Below, piece by piece: positions 17,676-26,551 of a DNA stretch of 64,000 nucleotides. Within the stretch, counting starts at the first letter, position 1, and every line of letters starts with the position of its first letter. The notes beneath the pieces are model-generated. The model worked only from the letters and a program-made list of their open reading frames with translations. It searched no databases and was not told where the DNA came from. Both the position numbers and the translations under genes were made by a program. The DNA comes from a virus (Duplodnaviria; Caudoviricetes). The stretch lies in IMG/VR virus record IMGVR_UViG_2767802050_000001, positions 7,077 through 71,076 of that record. One strand, given 5' to 3'.

Positions 17676-17828
17676 GTGAAGCGTATCGACCCGCAACCCC
17701 AGAAGCACGACCCCCGCACCTGCAACAACTGCGCCACCCTCCGCCACCCCGCACAAGCAGCCCAAGGCCGCGCACTGGCCAAGCACCTCGCGCAGCACCC
17801 CTTCCCCCAGCAGGCGGCCCAGCGATGA
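17676..17828 (+). CDS. Small CxxC protein
   Basis: HDPRTCNNCATLRHP. Confidence 0.55.
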   Translation: MKRIDPQPQKHDPRTCNNCATLRHPAQAAQGRALAKHLAQHPFPQQAAQR

Positions 17829-18181
17829 ACGAGCAGCAGGCATCCGCGCTCCCCGACTGGGTGGCCAGCCAACTCGCCTACCGCGCCGCGTGGGCTGACC
17901 ACACGATCGCCCGCTACCTCACCGTCGGCGGCGCCACCATCGACATCACCGAAACCGGCCCCCGCGACGGCGACCTCCTCGAAGTGACCATCGCCTCCTG
18001 TGGCGGATGCCCCGCCACCCGCCGCGAGCAATGGCCGGACGGCACCTACGACTACGCCAGCCAGTTCCACCCGATCAAGCGGGCGGACGCTATCGCGATC
18101 GCCGAGGAAGCCGCCCGCGCCTGGGCCCAAGCCCACGCCGAAACGTGCCGCGCCCTGCCGCGCCCGGCGGCCGCCCAATGA
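17825..18181 (+). CDS. Plasmid/AICE-type hypothetical protein
   Basis: IARYLTVGGAT...CGGC...WAQAHAETCRALP. Confidence 0.75.
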   Translation: MNEQQASALPDWVASQLAYRAAWADHTIARYLTVGGATIDITETGPRDGDLLEVTIASCGGCPATRREQWPDGTYDYASQFHPIKRADAIAIAEEAARAWAQAHAETCRALPRPAAAQ

Positions 18182-18324
18182 GCGCCCCCACCCCGCCCCC
18201 CTGCGGCACCTGCCACGGCCAAGGCGGCACCGTGAACGACACCAGCAGCGGCGGCATCACCCGACAGAACTGGCAAACCTGCCAGCCCTGCCACGGCACC
18301 GGCGTACAAGGCGGAGGCCGCTGA
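18178..18324 (+). CDS. DnaJ-type zinc-finger microprotein
   Basis: CGTCHGQG...CQPCHGTG. Confidence 0.7.
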   Translation: MSAPTPPPCGTCHGQGGTVNDTSSGGITRQNWQTCQPCHGTGVQGGGR

Positions 18325-18515
18325 TGGCCTGGTTCCGCAGCCGCGACCAAACCAGCCGCGACTACCCCGCCGCCGGAACCTCCGTCACCGCCTCGGCCGG
18401 CCGGTTCTTCCGCTCCAAAACGGCCGGCGCCCGAGCAGCAGGCCGCGCCGCCGACGACTGGGAAACCCGCGACCGCCAATCCGAACGGCAACGCCGCGGC
18501 CCCTACGCCCAGTAG
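18324..18515 (+). CDS. Small hypothetical protein
   Basis: TGATG overlap; RBS GGAGG. Confidence 0.6.
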   Translation: MAWFRSRDQTSRDYPAAGTSVTASAGRFFRSKTAGARAAGRAADDWETRDRQSERQRRGPYAQ

Positions 18516-18603
18516 CCCAACCCCTGATCGGCCGGCCTCCCGCGACTCCGTTCCCCCACGGCCGCGGGAGGCCGGCTCCTCGTCCCGCTCCCGGAGGACC
18601 ACC

Positions 18604-18762
18604 GTGCCCCGCCGCCGCACCATCATCCGCCACATCGGCCTACACGACCCGCTCGGACGGTGGGGCTTCACCGTGCTCGCGGCCTTCGCGCTCCTCAACG
18701 GGCTCATCCTGCCCGGCCTCGTCTGCACCGCCATCGCCCTCTACGCCTGGAGGAACCGGTGA
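18604..18762 (+). CDS. Small membrane protein
   Basis: RBS GGAGG; two hydrophobic segments. Confidence 0.6.
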   Translation: MPRRRTIIRHIGLHDPLGRWGFTVLAAFALLNGLILPGLVCTAIALYAWRNR

Positions 18763-20177
18763 AGAAACTCACCAGAGGACAGAAAGCTGTCCTCATCCTC
18801 ACCACGATCCCCATGATCGCGGTCGGCATCGGCGGCGCGATCGGCACCTACGCCAACGCCGCATCCGTCCTCCACCGCAAAGAGACCGCCCTCGGCGTCG
18901 TCGCCGCCGGCGAAGGCGCCACCCTCGTCGCCGCCCTCGTCATGATCGTCGTCACCATGCTCGGACAAACCGCACCCACCACCGTGCGCGCAGCCCTCTG
19001 GCTGCTCCCTGCCGCCGCCTCCGTCATGGGCCTCGCCATCGCTCCCACCGCCGCCGAGATGGTCGTGTTCGCCCTCACCCCCCTCGCCATGACCGCCAGC
19101 GCCGAGGGCATCAGCCTGCTCGCCCGCCGCATCGTTGTGCACCGGACCGGCGTGGATGTTGAGGCGCAGCGCCGTGACTCGGCGGTCGCCCGCAGGCTGA
19201 ACTGGCACCAGGCCAGCGCCGACCACCACCCCTCAAAGCGGCAACGCAAGCGGTCCGAACGCATCGCCTGGAGGCTGGCGAGCAGGGTTGCAGCGCACGA
19301 CACCGAACTCCGGGACAGCCTGATGGAGGTCCAGCGAGAGCGCATCGTGCAGGGAGCGGACAAAGCACTCGCCGAGATGTTCGGCCTCTCTACGGCCGCG
19401 CAGCCCGCCATCACCCCAGCACCGGCCGGCTTCGAGGAGGCGGCGCGAGAGGCGCTCTCCGTCGCTGGCGGAGACCCGCAGGGGCCCGCAGCTCTCCCAC
19501 CCGTGCAGCTGCGCAAGCGCGCGCCCAGCGAACAGCCCCCGTCCACTCCAGCCGGCCCGCTCGGCGAACCCGTGGAAGACATCCCGGCGCTCTTCGGGAA
19601 GGCGCACGCGCCGATCGTGTACTTCCTCCGCAACGGCAGTCGCGTGAAGATCGGCGTCTCGCAGAACCTTCGCCGCCGCGTCGCCGCGCTCTCGCTGCGC
19701 CCAGACGACGTCATCCGCGTCGTGCACGGACACGCCGAGTATGAGCGGTCCATGCACCGTCGTTTCGCCGATCTCCGAGTGGACGACACGGAGTGGTTCG
19801 AGCTGCGCGCCGAGCTCGCGGAGTACCTCGGCGTGGTCGTCGAGGACGCCGTGTCCGGGCGCCCGGACACGGCGACGGACAACCCGCCGGACACGTCCGG
19901 ACAGCCGGACAACGCAGCGGACACAGCGTCCGGACACGAGAAGACCGAGACCACCACCGAGACTCTGACCAGCCCGGACACGCGTCCGGACAGGCCGGAC
20001 CCCCTGTCCGAGATCGCCAAGGCGGCGTCCGGACCGTCCGACCTCGTCCGCTCCCTCGCCACCCACGGCGTACCCAAAGACGCCCTCGTGTCCGAGGCTG
20101 TCCGGCTGCGTCCGGACATGGTCGCGGACAGCATCCGCCGTATCGCCAAGCGCCTCGGAGAGGGGCCGTACCTGTGA
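18759..20177 (+). CDS. SpdB-like 4-TM spread protein carrying a GIY-YIG (T5orf172-like) domain
   Basis: Four N-terminal TMs + coiled coil; IVYFLRNGSRVKIGVS...EYERSMHRRF...EWF. Confidence 0.7.
   Translation: MKKLTRGQKAVLILTTIPMIAVGIGGAIGTYANAASVLHRKETALGVVAAGEGATLVAALVMIVVTMLGQTAPTTVRAALWLLPAAASVMGLAIAPTAAEMVVFALTPLAMTASAEGISLLARRIVVHRTGVDVEAQRRDSAVARRLNWHQASADHHPSKRQRKRSERIAWRLASRVAAHDTELRDSLMEVQRERIVQGADKALAEMFGLSTAAQPAITPAPAGFEEAAREALSVAGGDPQGPAALPPVQLRKRAPSEQPPSTPAGPLGEPVEDIPALFGKAHAPIVYFLRNGSRVKIGVSQNLRRRVAALSLRPDDVIRVVHGHAEYERSMHRRFADLRVDDTEWFELRAELAEYLGVVVEDAVSGRPDTATDNPPDTSGQPDNAADTASGHEKTETTTETLTSPDTRPDRPDPLSEIAKAASGPSDLVRSLATHGVPKDALVSEAVRLRPDMVADSIRRIAKRLGEGPYL
19852..20131. repeat. 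Cluster of CGGACA repeats in both orientations
   Basis: About 11 direct CGGACA and about 4 TGTCCG copies in 280 bp (counted by eye). Confidence 0.7.
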
Positions 20178-20773
20178 GCACCGAGCAGGGAGCCGACGAG
20201 CTCCGCATGCGCGCCCTCCTCCTCACCCGCGAGGTCGGCCCCGACGCCATCCCGCCCAAGCCCAAAGGCCGGCCGCGGGATTGGCTGGACGACCTGATCG
20301 ACGACGAGCACGCGCCCGCCACAGAGCCCGCAGAGGAGCCCGCCTCCGCCCCGCCGGCCGCCGCTCCCAAGCAGGGCAGCCCGAGTCCCTCCAAGGCCCG
20401 GAAGAAGAAGGCGAAGAAGACGAAGCCGGGCGTCCCCCGGGCCGCCGTCGACACCCGCCCGCCCTCCCCGCGGCAGTCCCTCGCCGACGCCTGGGACGCC
20501 GTCCCGCCCCGGTTGAAGTGGCTGGCCTACCACGCGTCCGCCGCCTACCTCGGCTGGACCGTCGGCCTCGTCGACTGGGCCACCTACGTCACCAGATGGA
20601 TCGCAGCGACCGGCCCGACCAGCGGACAAGCCTGGTTCTGGTACGTCGCCGCCGCCGGGACCGCCCTCGTCTACCACCGCACCCGCGGCTGGTGGCGGCC
20701 CGTCGCCTGGCTCGCCGCCGTCCCCGTCACCTCCACCGTCGCCGGCGTACTCCTGTACGCCCCGTACTCGTAA
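20174..20773 (+). CDS. Membrane protein (spread cluster)
   Basis: GTGA overlap; three C-terminal TMs. Confidence 0.7.
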   Translation: MSTEQGADELRMRALLLTREVGPDAIPPKPKGRPRDWLDDLIDDEHAPATEPAEEPASAPPAAAPKQGSPSPSKARKKKAKKTKPGVPRAAVDTRPPSPRQSLADAWDAVPPRLKWLAYHASAAYLGWTVGLVDWATYVTRWIAATGPTSGQAWFWYVAAAGTALVYHRTRGWWRPVAWLAAVPVTSTVAGVLLYAPYS

Positions 20774-20782
20774 GGACCCCTC

Positions 20783-21178
20783 GTGTTCGGGAACCTTGGC
20801 ACCGTCGGCCTCGCCGCAGCCCTCACCTGCCTGATGATCTTCGGCATTCCGGGGGGCGGCCAGCTCAAGCCCCTCGGCTGGTGGACCACCGTGTTCGTCG
20901 CGCTCCTCGCCGCCAGCGCGTACAAGGCCGCGGGAGGCCCGTTCAGCGTCGTCCCCGACGCGGCCGGGACGGTCATCTCCTTCCTGCAGAGCTTCCTCAA
21001 GGGCGTCACGATGCCAGCCCTCGCCCTCTGCGTTCTGATCTTCATGCTGTTCAAGAAGCTGACAACCAAGCAGGTCGGCATCACCGCCCTGCTGTTCTTC
21101 TACATCGCCACCGGAGCCGGCGGCACCTGGGCCTACCTCGCCGACGCGATCGAGAACGCACGGGCAGGCCTCCAGTGA
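20783..21178 (+). CDS. 4-TM membrane protein
   Basis: Hydrophobic throughout; RBS AAGGA. Confidence 0.8.
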   Translation: MFGNLGTVGLAAALTCLMIFGIPGGGQLKPLGWWTTVFVALLAASAYKAAGGPFSVVPDAAGTVISFLQSFLKGVTMPALALCVLIFMLFKKLTTKQVGITALLFFYIATGAGGTWAYLADAIENARAGLQ

Positions 21179-21837
21179 CGTACCACAGCCTGCGCAAACG
21201 CGCCCCGGAACCCGAACCGGAAGCGGCCGTCGAGGAAGAGCCTGGCGGGGAAAAGCAGGCCGAGTCCGGCACCGACGAGACCTCCCCGGCCGCCCGCGGC
21301 GGCGGCCTCTGGGCAGGCATCAGCGGGCCCGGCCTCTGGCTCGCAGCCCACGGCCGCACCGACCTGGCGTGGAGCCTCTACGTGGGGTCGGTGTGGGCGA
21401 TCGGCTTCTACGGCGGCTGGATCGCGGCCGGCATTGTCATCGCATGGCTGCTCACGGTCGGGCTGTTCACGCCAAAGGAGTACCTGGACCGGCTCGCCAC
21501 GGCCATCGAACGCCGCTTCTCCGGCCCCGCGCAGAAGCCGCCTACCGCGCCGCCCAGCAGCGGCGGAGAGGCCATTCGCGGGCTCCTCCTCGACCTCATC
21601 GGAGAGGGGAGAGGAGTGCACCTGCGCACCGTCCTCGACCACCTCCAGGAGCACGGCCAGTGGGAGGGCAAGGAGGTGTCTGATCTGAGGCGGCATTTGG
21701 AGGCCCTGGGCATCCCCGTCCGGCCCAAGGTGAAGGTGGGCGGAACACCCACCCGCGGGGTCCTGAAAGCCGATCTCGAAGCACTCCCCCCGATCGAGGA
21801 GACGTCCCCGTCTCCCGCCCCGTCTCCCGCCGTCTGA
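21175..21837 (+). CDS. 2-TM protein with C-terminal TraB-like winged helix
   Basis: GVHLRTVLDHL...SDLRRHLEALGIPVRPKVKVGGTPTRGVLKADL. Confidence 0.65.
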   Translation: MTYHSLRKRAPEPEPEAAVEEEPGGEKQAESGTDETSPAARGGGLWAGISGPGLWLAAHGRTDLAWSLYVGSVWAIGFYGGWIAAGIVIAWLLTVGLFTPKEYLDRLATAIERRFSGPAQKPPTAPPSSGGEAIRGLLLDLIGEGRGVHLRTVLDHLQEHGQWEGKEVSDLRRHLEALGIPVRPKVKVGGTPTRGVLKADLEALPPIEETSPSPAPSPAV

Positions 21838-21897
21838 CCTGCACGTCTACCTTCTGTCTCCCCGCCGTCTCCCGCCCCTCTCCCGGGGTGGGAGACA
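21798..21897. repeat. GTCTCCC repeat cluster (clt/TRS-like)
   Basis: GTCTCCC at about 21810, 21822, 21856, 21867; inverted GGAGAC at about 21799 and 21891. Confidence 0.6.
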
Positions 21898-21919
21898 TAC
21901 CTGTACCCGAGGATGCGCC

Positions 21920-22168
21920 ATGCCGTGGATCTATGAATGCCGGGCCTGCGAAGCTCGTTCGCCTGAGGAGCGGGAGCGCCGCGACGACGCCGAGGACGAA
22001 CTCGTCGAGCATCGGCGCCGCGTGCACGGCGGGCTGCGGCCGGACGCCGGCGACGAGGTGCGGCGTGTGCACGCCGCGGCCCGCGGGGATGGTGTCCTGC
22101 CGGCCGGGTGGGGGTGGGCGCTGCTCGTCCTGCTGGCGCTTTTGTTGGCGAACTGCCGGGGCTGGTGA
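21920..22168 (+). CDS. Small Zn-binding membrane protein
   Basis: CRAC...HRRRVH; C-terminal TM. Confidence 0.65.
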   Translation: MPWIYECRACEARSPEERERRDDAEDELVEHRRRVHGGLRPDAGDEVRRVHAAARGDGVLPAGWGWALLVLLALLLANCRGW

Positions 22169-22351
22169 CCCCCGGCCTGCCACACTGGAGGCACGCGCCG
22201 GGACCGCTCGGCACCACGAAGGCCCCACCGGGTTCCCCCGTCCCGGTGGGGCCTTACGCGTGAATCCCGCCACCCGGACAGCCCCATCCTGCCAAGAGCC
22301 GTGGGCTGACTGGGTTACCCGCTGTCAGCGGCCCCAGGTTCACTGCGCGGC

Positions 22352-22942
22352 ATGCAAACGATCTCGCTGAAATGCCCCTGTGGACGGTTCATGGCACCCG
22401 ACGGTCGAGCCGGGCGCGGGGCCTTCCGCTGCGGGTGCGGCCTGCGCGGAATCCGGGCTGTCGAGCGCATCGACTCAGTACGCCGTTGCACCTACGGCAA
22501 CTGCCGAACCCGGGCAACCACGCCAGAGCCGCTGAAGTTCTGCCTGGATCACGAGGCCGAGGCTGCGTCTCGGTTGGGCTACCTGGCCGGCACGCAGGTA
22601 CTGGAGCGCTTCCTTGAACGCAGCCCTCAAACGCGGGCCCGGCACTTCGGGGGTGCGGTCGCTCCGCTACCGAAGACGACGGATCAGCCGTCGGTGGTGT
22701 ACTTCGCCCGGCGGGAGGTACTGATCAAGATCGGGACGAGTGTGCGGCTTCGTCAACGTATGTCCTCGCTGGCGACCCTGGTACTGGCGACTGAGCCCGG
22801 TGATCTTGTCCTGGAGAGCCAGTTGAAGCGCCGGTTCCGCCACCTGCTGGCGGTGGGGCGGGAGTGGTTCCACCCGGGCCCGGAACTCATTGCCTACATC
22901 AACGATGTGCGTGCGGCCTCCGGAGCCCCACCAATTAGCTGA
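22352..22942 (+). CDS. GIY-YIG/T5orf172-like protein with Zn ribbon
   Basis: VVYFARREVLIKIGTS...ESQLKRRF..L..GREWF. Confidence 0.75.
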   Translation: MQTISLKCPCGRFMAPDGRAGRGAFRCGCGLRGIRAVERIDSVRRCTYGNCRTRATTPEPLKFCLDHEAEAASRLGYLAGTQVLERFLERSPQTRARHFGGAVAPLPKTTDQPSVVYFARREVLIKIGTSVRLRQRMSSLATLVLATEPGDLVLESQLKRRFRHLLAVGREWFHPGPELIAYINDVRAASGAPPIS

Positions 22943-22998
22943 CCGGCCTGATGAGGCCCCGTCCCAGAATCCGGGCGGGACCTTCGTCATGCCGGCGC

Positions 22999-23331
22999 TC
23001 AGCTGGCGGGTAGCGCGCTGGTGTCGCACTCCATGCACCGGAACCCAGGCGGTGGCGCGCCGTGGCAAGTCCTGCAGTTCGCGGGCGGCAGGAGCAGCTC
23101 CTCGATGCCTGTGTCGAAGACGGCCGCCAGCGCGACGAGGTCGTCAACGTCGACGTGCCGCTGCCCGGTGTCGATGGCGCTCAGCCCGAGTGCGGGGATC
23201 GCGCGGCCGACGCGCGCGAGGCGTTCCTCCACGTCTCGGTACCCCCAGTGGCGCTGCTCGCGGAGGCGTCGGACGTTGCGTCGCACGTTGTTCCCGGCCG
23301 AGCTGAGCGGGCCGCTCGCCGCCTCGCTCAC
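22999..23331 (-). CDS. XRE-family HTH regulator with C-terminal Zn finger
   Basis: NVRRLREQR.WGY...LSAIDTGQRHVDVDDLVALA; CRTC...CMEC. Confidence 0.8.
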   Translation of the reverse strand: MSEAASGPLSSAGNNVRRNVRRLREQRHWGYRDVEERLARVGRAIPALGLSAIDTGQRHVDVDDLVALAAVFDTGIEELLLPPANCRTCHGAPPPGFRCMECDTSALPAS

Positions 23332-23633
23332 GTCTGCTCCCCGTCCGGGCGCACCGGGCCCGCGCCGCGCAGCCGTGCGATCTCCGTCCGGAGAACCTGG
23401 ATCGTCATCACGAACTGCTCGGTGGTGTGCGTGGCCAGATGCTCGCGCAGTGCCGCCTCCGTCTGCTCAGCGTTCTGCCGCACCAGCTCACCGGCCATCC
23501 TCTGGATCGCTTCGGGGGCGATCGGCGTAGAGGCGTGTGACGGGATCCAGGCGTCGGGGAACGGCACTCGGTCGTGGTGCCAGCCGCATTCGAGGGGGCA
23601 CAGGTAACGGGTCGTACCCGCGACGGGGCTCAT
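23328..23633 (-). CDS. Hypothetical protein
   Basis: YLCPLECGWHH...HLATH. Confidence 0.7.
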   Translation of the reverse strand: MSPVAGTTRYLCPLECGWHHDRVPFPDAWIPSHASTPIAPEAIQRMAGELVRQNAEQTEAALREHLATHTTEQFVMTIQVLRTEIARLRGAGPVRPDGEQT

Positions 23634-24094
23634 CCGGTCGTCTCCTCGCTGCCCGCCGGGCGCTCCCGTCGCTTCCTGTTGACCCGCTCGTGCATCAGCT
23701 CGATCAGGACGTCAGACCGTGAGCGGCCCTCCTCGACGGTGGCGTCGAAGGCTCGGCGTAGCGCCGGGTCGGCTCGGAACGTCACCACCTTGGTCTGCCC
23801 CGTCGCGGGCCTCCCGCCGCCACGTCCCTGAGTCATCTTGCCGTTCTCGTCCGGGCGGATGACGTTCCATCTGGGGTTCTGGGTAGTGATGGTCTCCGCT
23901 TCCGCCGCCTCGGCCTCGGCGCGGGTCGCCTTCCACTCGACGTCACGCCGCTCCACCTGTGGCCACCACGCCTTCTGACGTGCGTGGTAGGTCCAGCGGA
24001 CGTCGGGGTCGTTGGTGATGCCTACGTACAGGAGGTTGCTCTCCTTGTCGTAGAGGCGGTAGAGCGCGGTTCGTTCGGCGGCGACCAGAGTCAT
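23630..24094 (-). CDS. GIY-YIG nuclease fused to RHH-like domain
   Basis: ALYRLYD...LLYVGIT..P..RW..H...WW; GGGRPATG..VVTFR. Confidence 0.85.
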   Translation of the reverse strand: MTLVAAERTALYRLYDKESNLLYVGITNDPDVRWTYHARQKAWWPQVERRDVEWKATRAEAEAAEAETITTQNPRWNVIRPDENGKMTQGRGGGRPATGQTKVVTFRADPALRRAFDATVEEGRSRSDVLIELMHERVNRKRRERPAGSEETTG

Positions 24095-24309
24095 GACGGC
24101 TTGACCTTCCCGTCGCGGATGCGGGCGACGTACTCGCGGGTGAACCCGGATGCCTTGACGACCTCGTTCAGCCGGCCGCGCACGGGGTCCTCGCCGCGCA
24201 GCTCGGGGAAGACCTGCGGGATCAGTTCGAAGACCCGGGCTCGGTCTGCGGCCATGCGTTCGGTGAGCTGCTGGATCTCTTCGATCTTCTGCTCGTCGGT
24301 GTCTGCCAT
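24091..24309 (-). CDS. Small HTH repressor
   Basis: LNEVVKASGFTREYVARI. Confidence 0.75.
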   Translation of the reverse strand: MADTDEQKIEEIQQLTERMAADRARVFELIPQVFPELRGEDPVRGRLNEVVKASGFTREYVARIRDGKVKPS

Positions 24310-24328
24310 GCCCTCAGTATGCCATCTC

Positions 24329-24385
24329 AGTAGGCGAACACGATAGGCCTACCCCGTTGACATGTGGAGTGAGTAGGCCTACTGT
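24329..24385 (+). promoter_or_regulatory. Consensus promoter with TAGGCCTA operators
   Basis: TTGACA(24357)-17 nt-TACTGT(24380); AGTAGGCCTACT 24372-24383; TAGGCCTA 24344. Confidence 0.75.
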
Positions 24386-24425
24386 GTAGTCATAGCCAGT
24401 CGGGCACAGCACCACGGAGGCAGCA

Positions 24426-24758
24426 ATGCAGAACACCACCCACGCCAACTGCCTCCGCTGCGGCCGCACCCTCCGTACCGCCAAGTCGCAGGCCGCCGGA
24501 TACGGCGCGAAGTGCGCCGCCAAGGTCCGCAACGCCCCCGTCGACACCACCGACTACAAGACCCACCAGATCACCAGCGCCCGCGAGTTGATCGAGGACG
24601 GCGCGATCATCCCCCTCCGCTCCGTCATCTTCATCACCGTCAGCACCGACGGCACCGAGACCTACAAGACCGCCCCCACCGGGTGTACGTGCCCCGCCGG
24701 CACCAAGGGCAGCCGCTGCTACCACACCCTCGCCGCACAGATGCTGCTCGCAGCCTGA
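24426..24758 (+). CDS. DUF6011 + SWIM zinc-finger protein
   Basis: CLRCGRTL...GYGAKC; CTCPAG...CYH. Confidence 0.75.
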   Translation: MQNTTHANCLRCGRTLRTAKSQAAGYGAKCAAKVRNAPVDTTDYKTHQITSARELIEDGAIIPLRSVIFITVSTDGTETYKTAPTGCTCPAGTKGSRCYHTLAAQMLLAA

Positions 24759-24771
24759 ACAGGAGAAACGC

Positions 24772-25098
24772 ATGACCGACACCACCCAGCCGCAGCCCCT
24801 CGCCGTCGACCAGGAGGTCGAGTTCGACGACGGACGCGGGAACACCCTCACAGGCGTCATCACCCTGGTCTGGGACAAGCCGAAGACCGACCCCTACGTC
24901 AGCATCGTCACCTCGTTCGAGGACCAGCCCCGCAAGTTCGTCCGCAGCTCCAGCCGGGTTCAGCGCACCGCCACCGCCGGAGCGAGCAGCGGCCCGCTGC
25001 CGGACTGCACGGTCGCGCAGCACGGGGACGAGAGCCTCTGCGGCTGCATGGGCTGCATCGAGTACACGGCCGACCAGAACGGCGACTACGGCTGCTGA
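24772..25098 (+). CDS. Hypothetical protein
   Basis: RBS AGGAG. Confidence 0.7.
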   Translation: MTDTTQPQPLAVDQEVEFDDGRGNTLTGVITLVWDKPKTDPYVSIVTSFEDQPRKFVRSSSRVQRTATAGASSGPLPDCTVAQHGDESLCGCMGCIEYTADQNGDYGC

Positions 25099-25223
25099 GT
25101 GTCGAGCCCGGCCCTCGACAGGGGCCGGGCCTCGCCACGGTCACCGTGCTCTACCCCGTCGACTGCCTGATCGCCCGCCGCGTCCAGATGCTCGCCGACG
25201 CCCTCGCTGCCTAGGAGCCCCCG

Positions 25224-25400
25224 ATGCCCCGTTCCGAACACCTCGCCGACATGTCCACCCGTGGCCTCCAGGAGGAACGCGAAGCCTGCCTCCAGCTCAC
25301 CGACAGCAACTTGAACAGGTGCAGCGAGTCCGTGACCGAGTACCACGCCGACTATGCCGACCGGATCAGCGACGAAATCGACCGCCGAACCAACCCCTGA
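25224..25400 (+). CDS. Hypothetical protein (58 aa)
   Basis: RBS AGGAG; MPRSEHLADMS. Confidence 0.6.
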   Translation: MPRSEHLADMSTRGLQEEREACLQLTDSNLNRCSESVTEYHADYADRISDEIDRRTNP

Positions 25401-25442
25401 ACCCCGCCCCACCGCCCGCCCGACCACGACAGGATGAACCAC

Positions 25443-25868
25443 ATGACCGAGCAGCCCGCGCCGCGCCCCTGCGCCTCGTGTCCGTACCGGCAGGACGTCC
25501 CCTCCGGGGTGTGGGCGGCGAGCGAGTACGCAAAACTGACCCTGTACGACGCCCCGACCCACGCGCAGCCGCCCCGGCTGTTCCTGTGTCACCAGCACGA
25601 CCGTGACGACGACCGGGCCCGCGTGTGTGGTGGGTGGGCGGGATGCCACGACGGTGACCACCTGCTTGCCTTGCGGGTCGCGGTGTCGTCGGGGGAGATC
25701 AGCGTGGAGACCGCCGACGCTATCCGTGACTACGTGTCTCCGGCGCCGCTGTTCGCCTCGGGCGCGGAGGCTGCCGCACATGGCGTGCGCGAGATCCGAA
25801 GCCTCAGCCCGGACGCCTGTACCGCGATCCGCAAGATCAGCCGCAACCGCAGTGACCTCACCGCCTGA
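25443..25868 (+). CDS. DUF6283-family protein
   Basis: RPCASCPYRQDVPSGVW..EY.KL..YD...FLCHQ...CGGW..CH. Confidence 0.8.
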   Translation: MTEQPAPRPCASCPYRQDVPSGVWAASEYAKLTLYDAPTHAQPPRLFLCHQHDRDDDRARVCGGWAGCHDGDHLLALRVAVSSGEISVETADAIRDYVSPAPLFASGAEAAAHGVREIRSLSPDACTAIRKISRNRSDLTA

Positions 25869-25905
25869 CCCCTGCCGGCCTCGAACCGCCACCAAGGAGG
25901 ACCCC

Positions 25906-26079
25906 ATGGCCCACACCATCCGCTGCGCACACGATGACTGCGACGAGTACTCCTGCCGCGCCCCCTTCCAACCAGAGCCGCCCGACCTACAAGCCATCGC
26001 TCATCGAGCGGCCCTCGCCGCCGACGGGTGGAGCGACATCGAAGGCCGGGACTACTGCCCCGACCACAGCCCCTGCTAG
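25906..26079 (+). CDS. Small Zn-finger protein
   Basis: C...C...DGW...DYCPDH. Confidence 0.65.
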   Translation: MAHTIRCAHDDCDEYSCRAPFQPEPPDLQAIAHRAALAADGWSDIEGRDYCPDHSPC

Positions 26080-26131
26080 AACCCGCCTGACCGCCCTACG
26101 CTCAATCCTCCGCCACCGAAAGGACCCCGCC

Positions 26132-26374
26132 ATGGCCAGTCACTTCGTGGACTGCATCACGATGCAGTGGTACGCGCTTCCCACCTCGCCGTGCACCTGC
26201 CCACCGTGGGTGGGGCTCGACCCGGACGGCTGGTACCGCCTCGACTGCTCCGACCCCGCCGACCCTCGGATCGTCGAGTACGGCGACGAAGACCGCGACG
26301 ACGAGGCACCGCTGACTCTGGACGACGCGATCCAGGAACTCCTCGCCCTGGAGCAGCAGGACGACCCCGCCTGA
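26132..26374 (+). CDS. Hypothetical acidic protein
   Basis: RBS AAAGGA. Confidence 0.55.
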   Translation: MASHFVDCITMQWYALPTSPCTCPPWVGLDPDGWYRLDCSDPADPRIVEYGDEDRDDEAPLTLDDAIQELLALEQQDDPA

Positions 26375-26551
26375 CCCCGCCGCACACGCCAAGGGCCCGC
26401 CCCCGGTTCGCCACCAGGGAACGGGCCCTCACTCATGCCCGCGTACACCCGATCCGGTCACAGCACCGTCACAACCACCACAACCCACCCACACCCCGCC
26501 TACGCTCCACCCCCACCACCACCCGCACCCGCACCAACAGGGGGAAGCACC

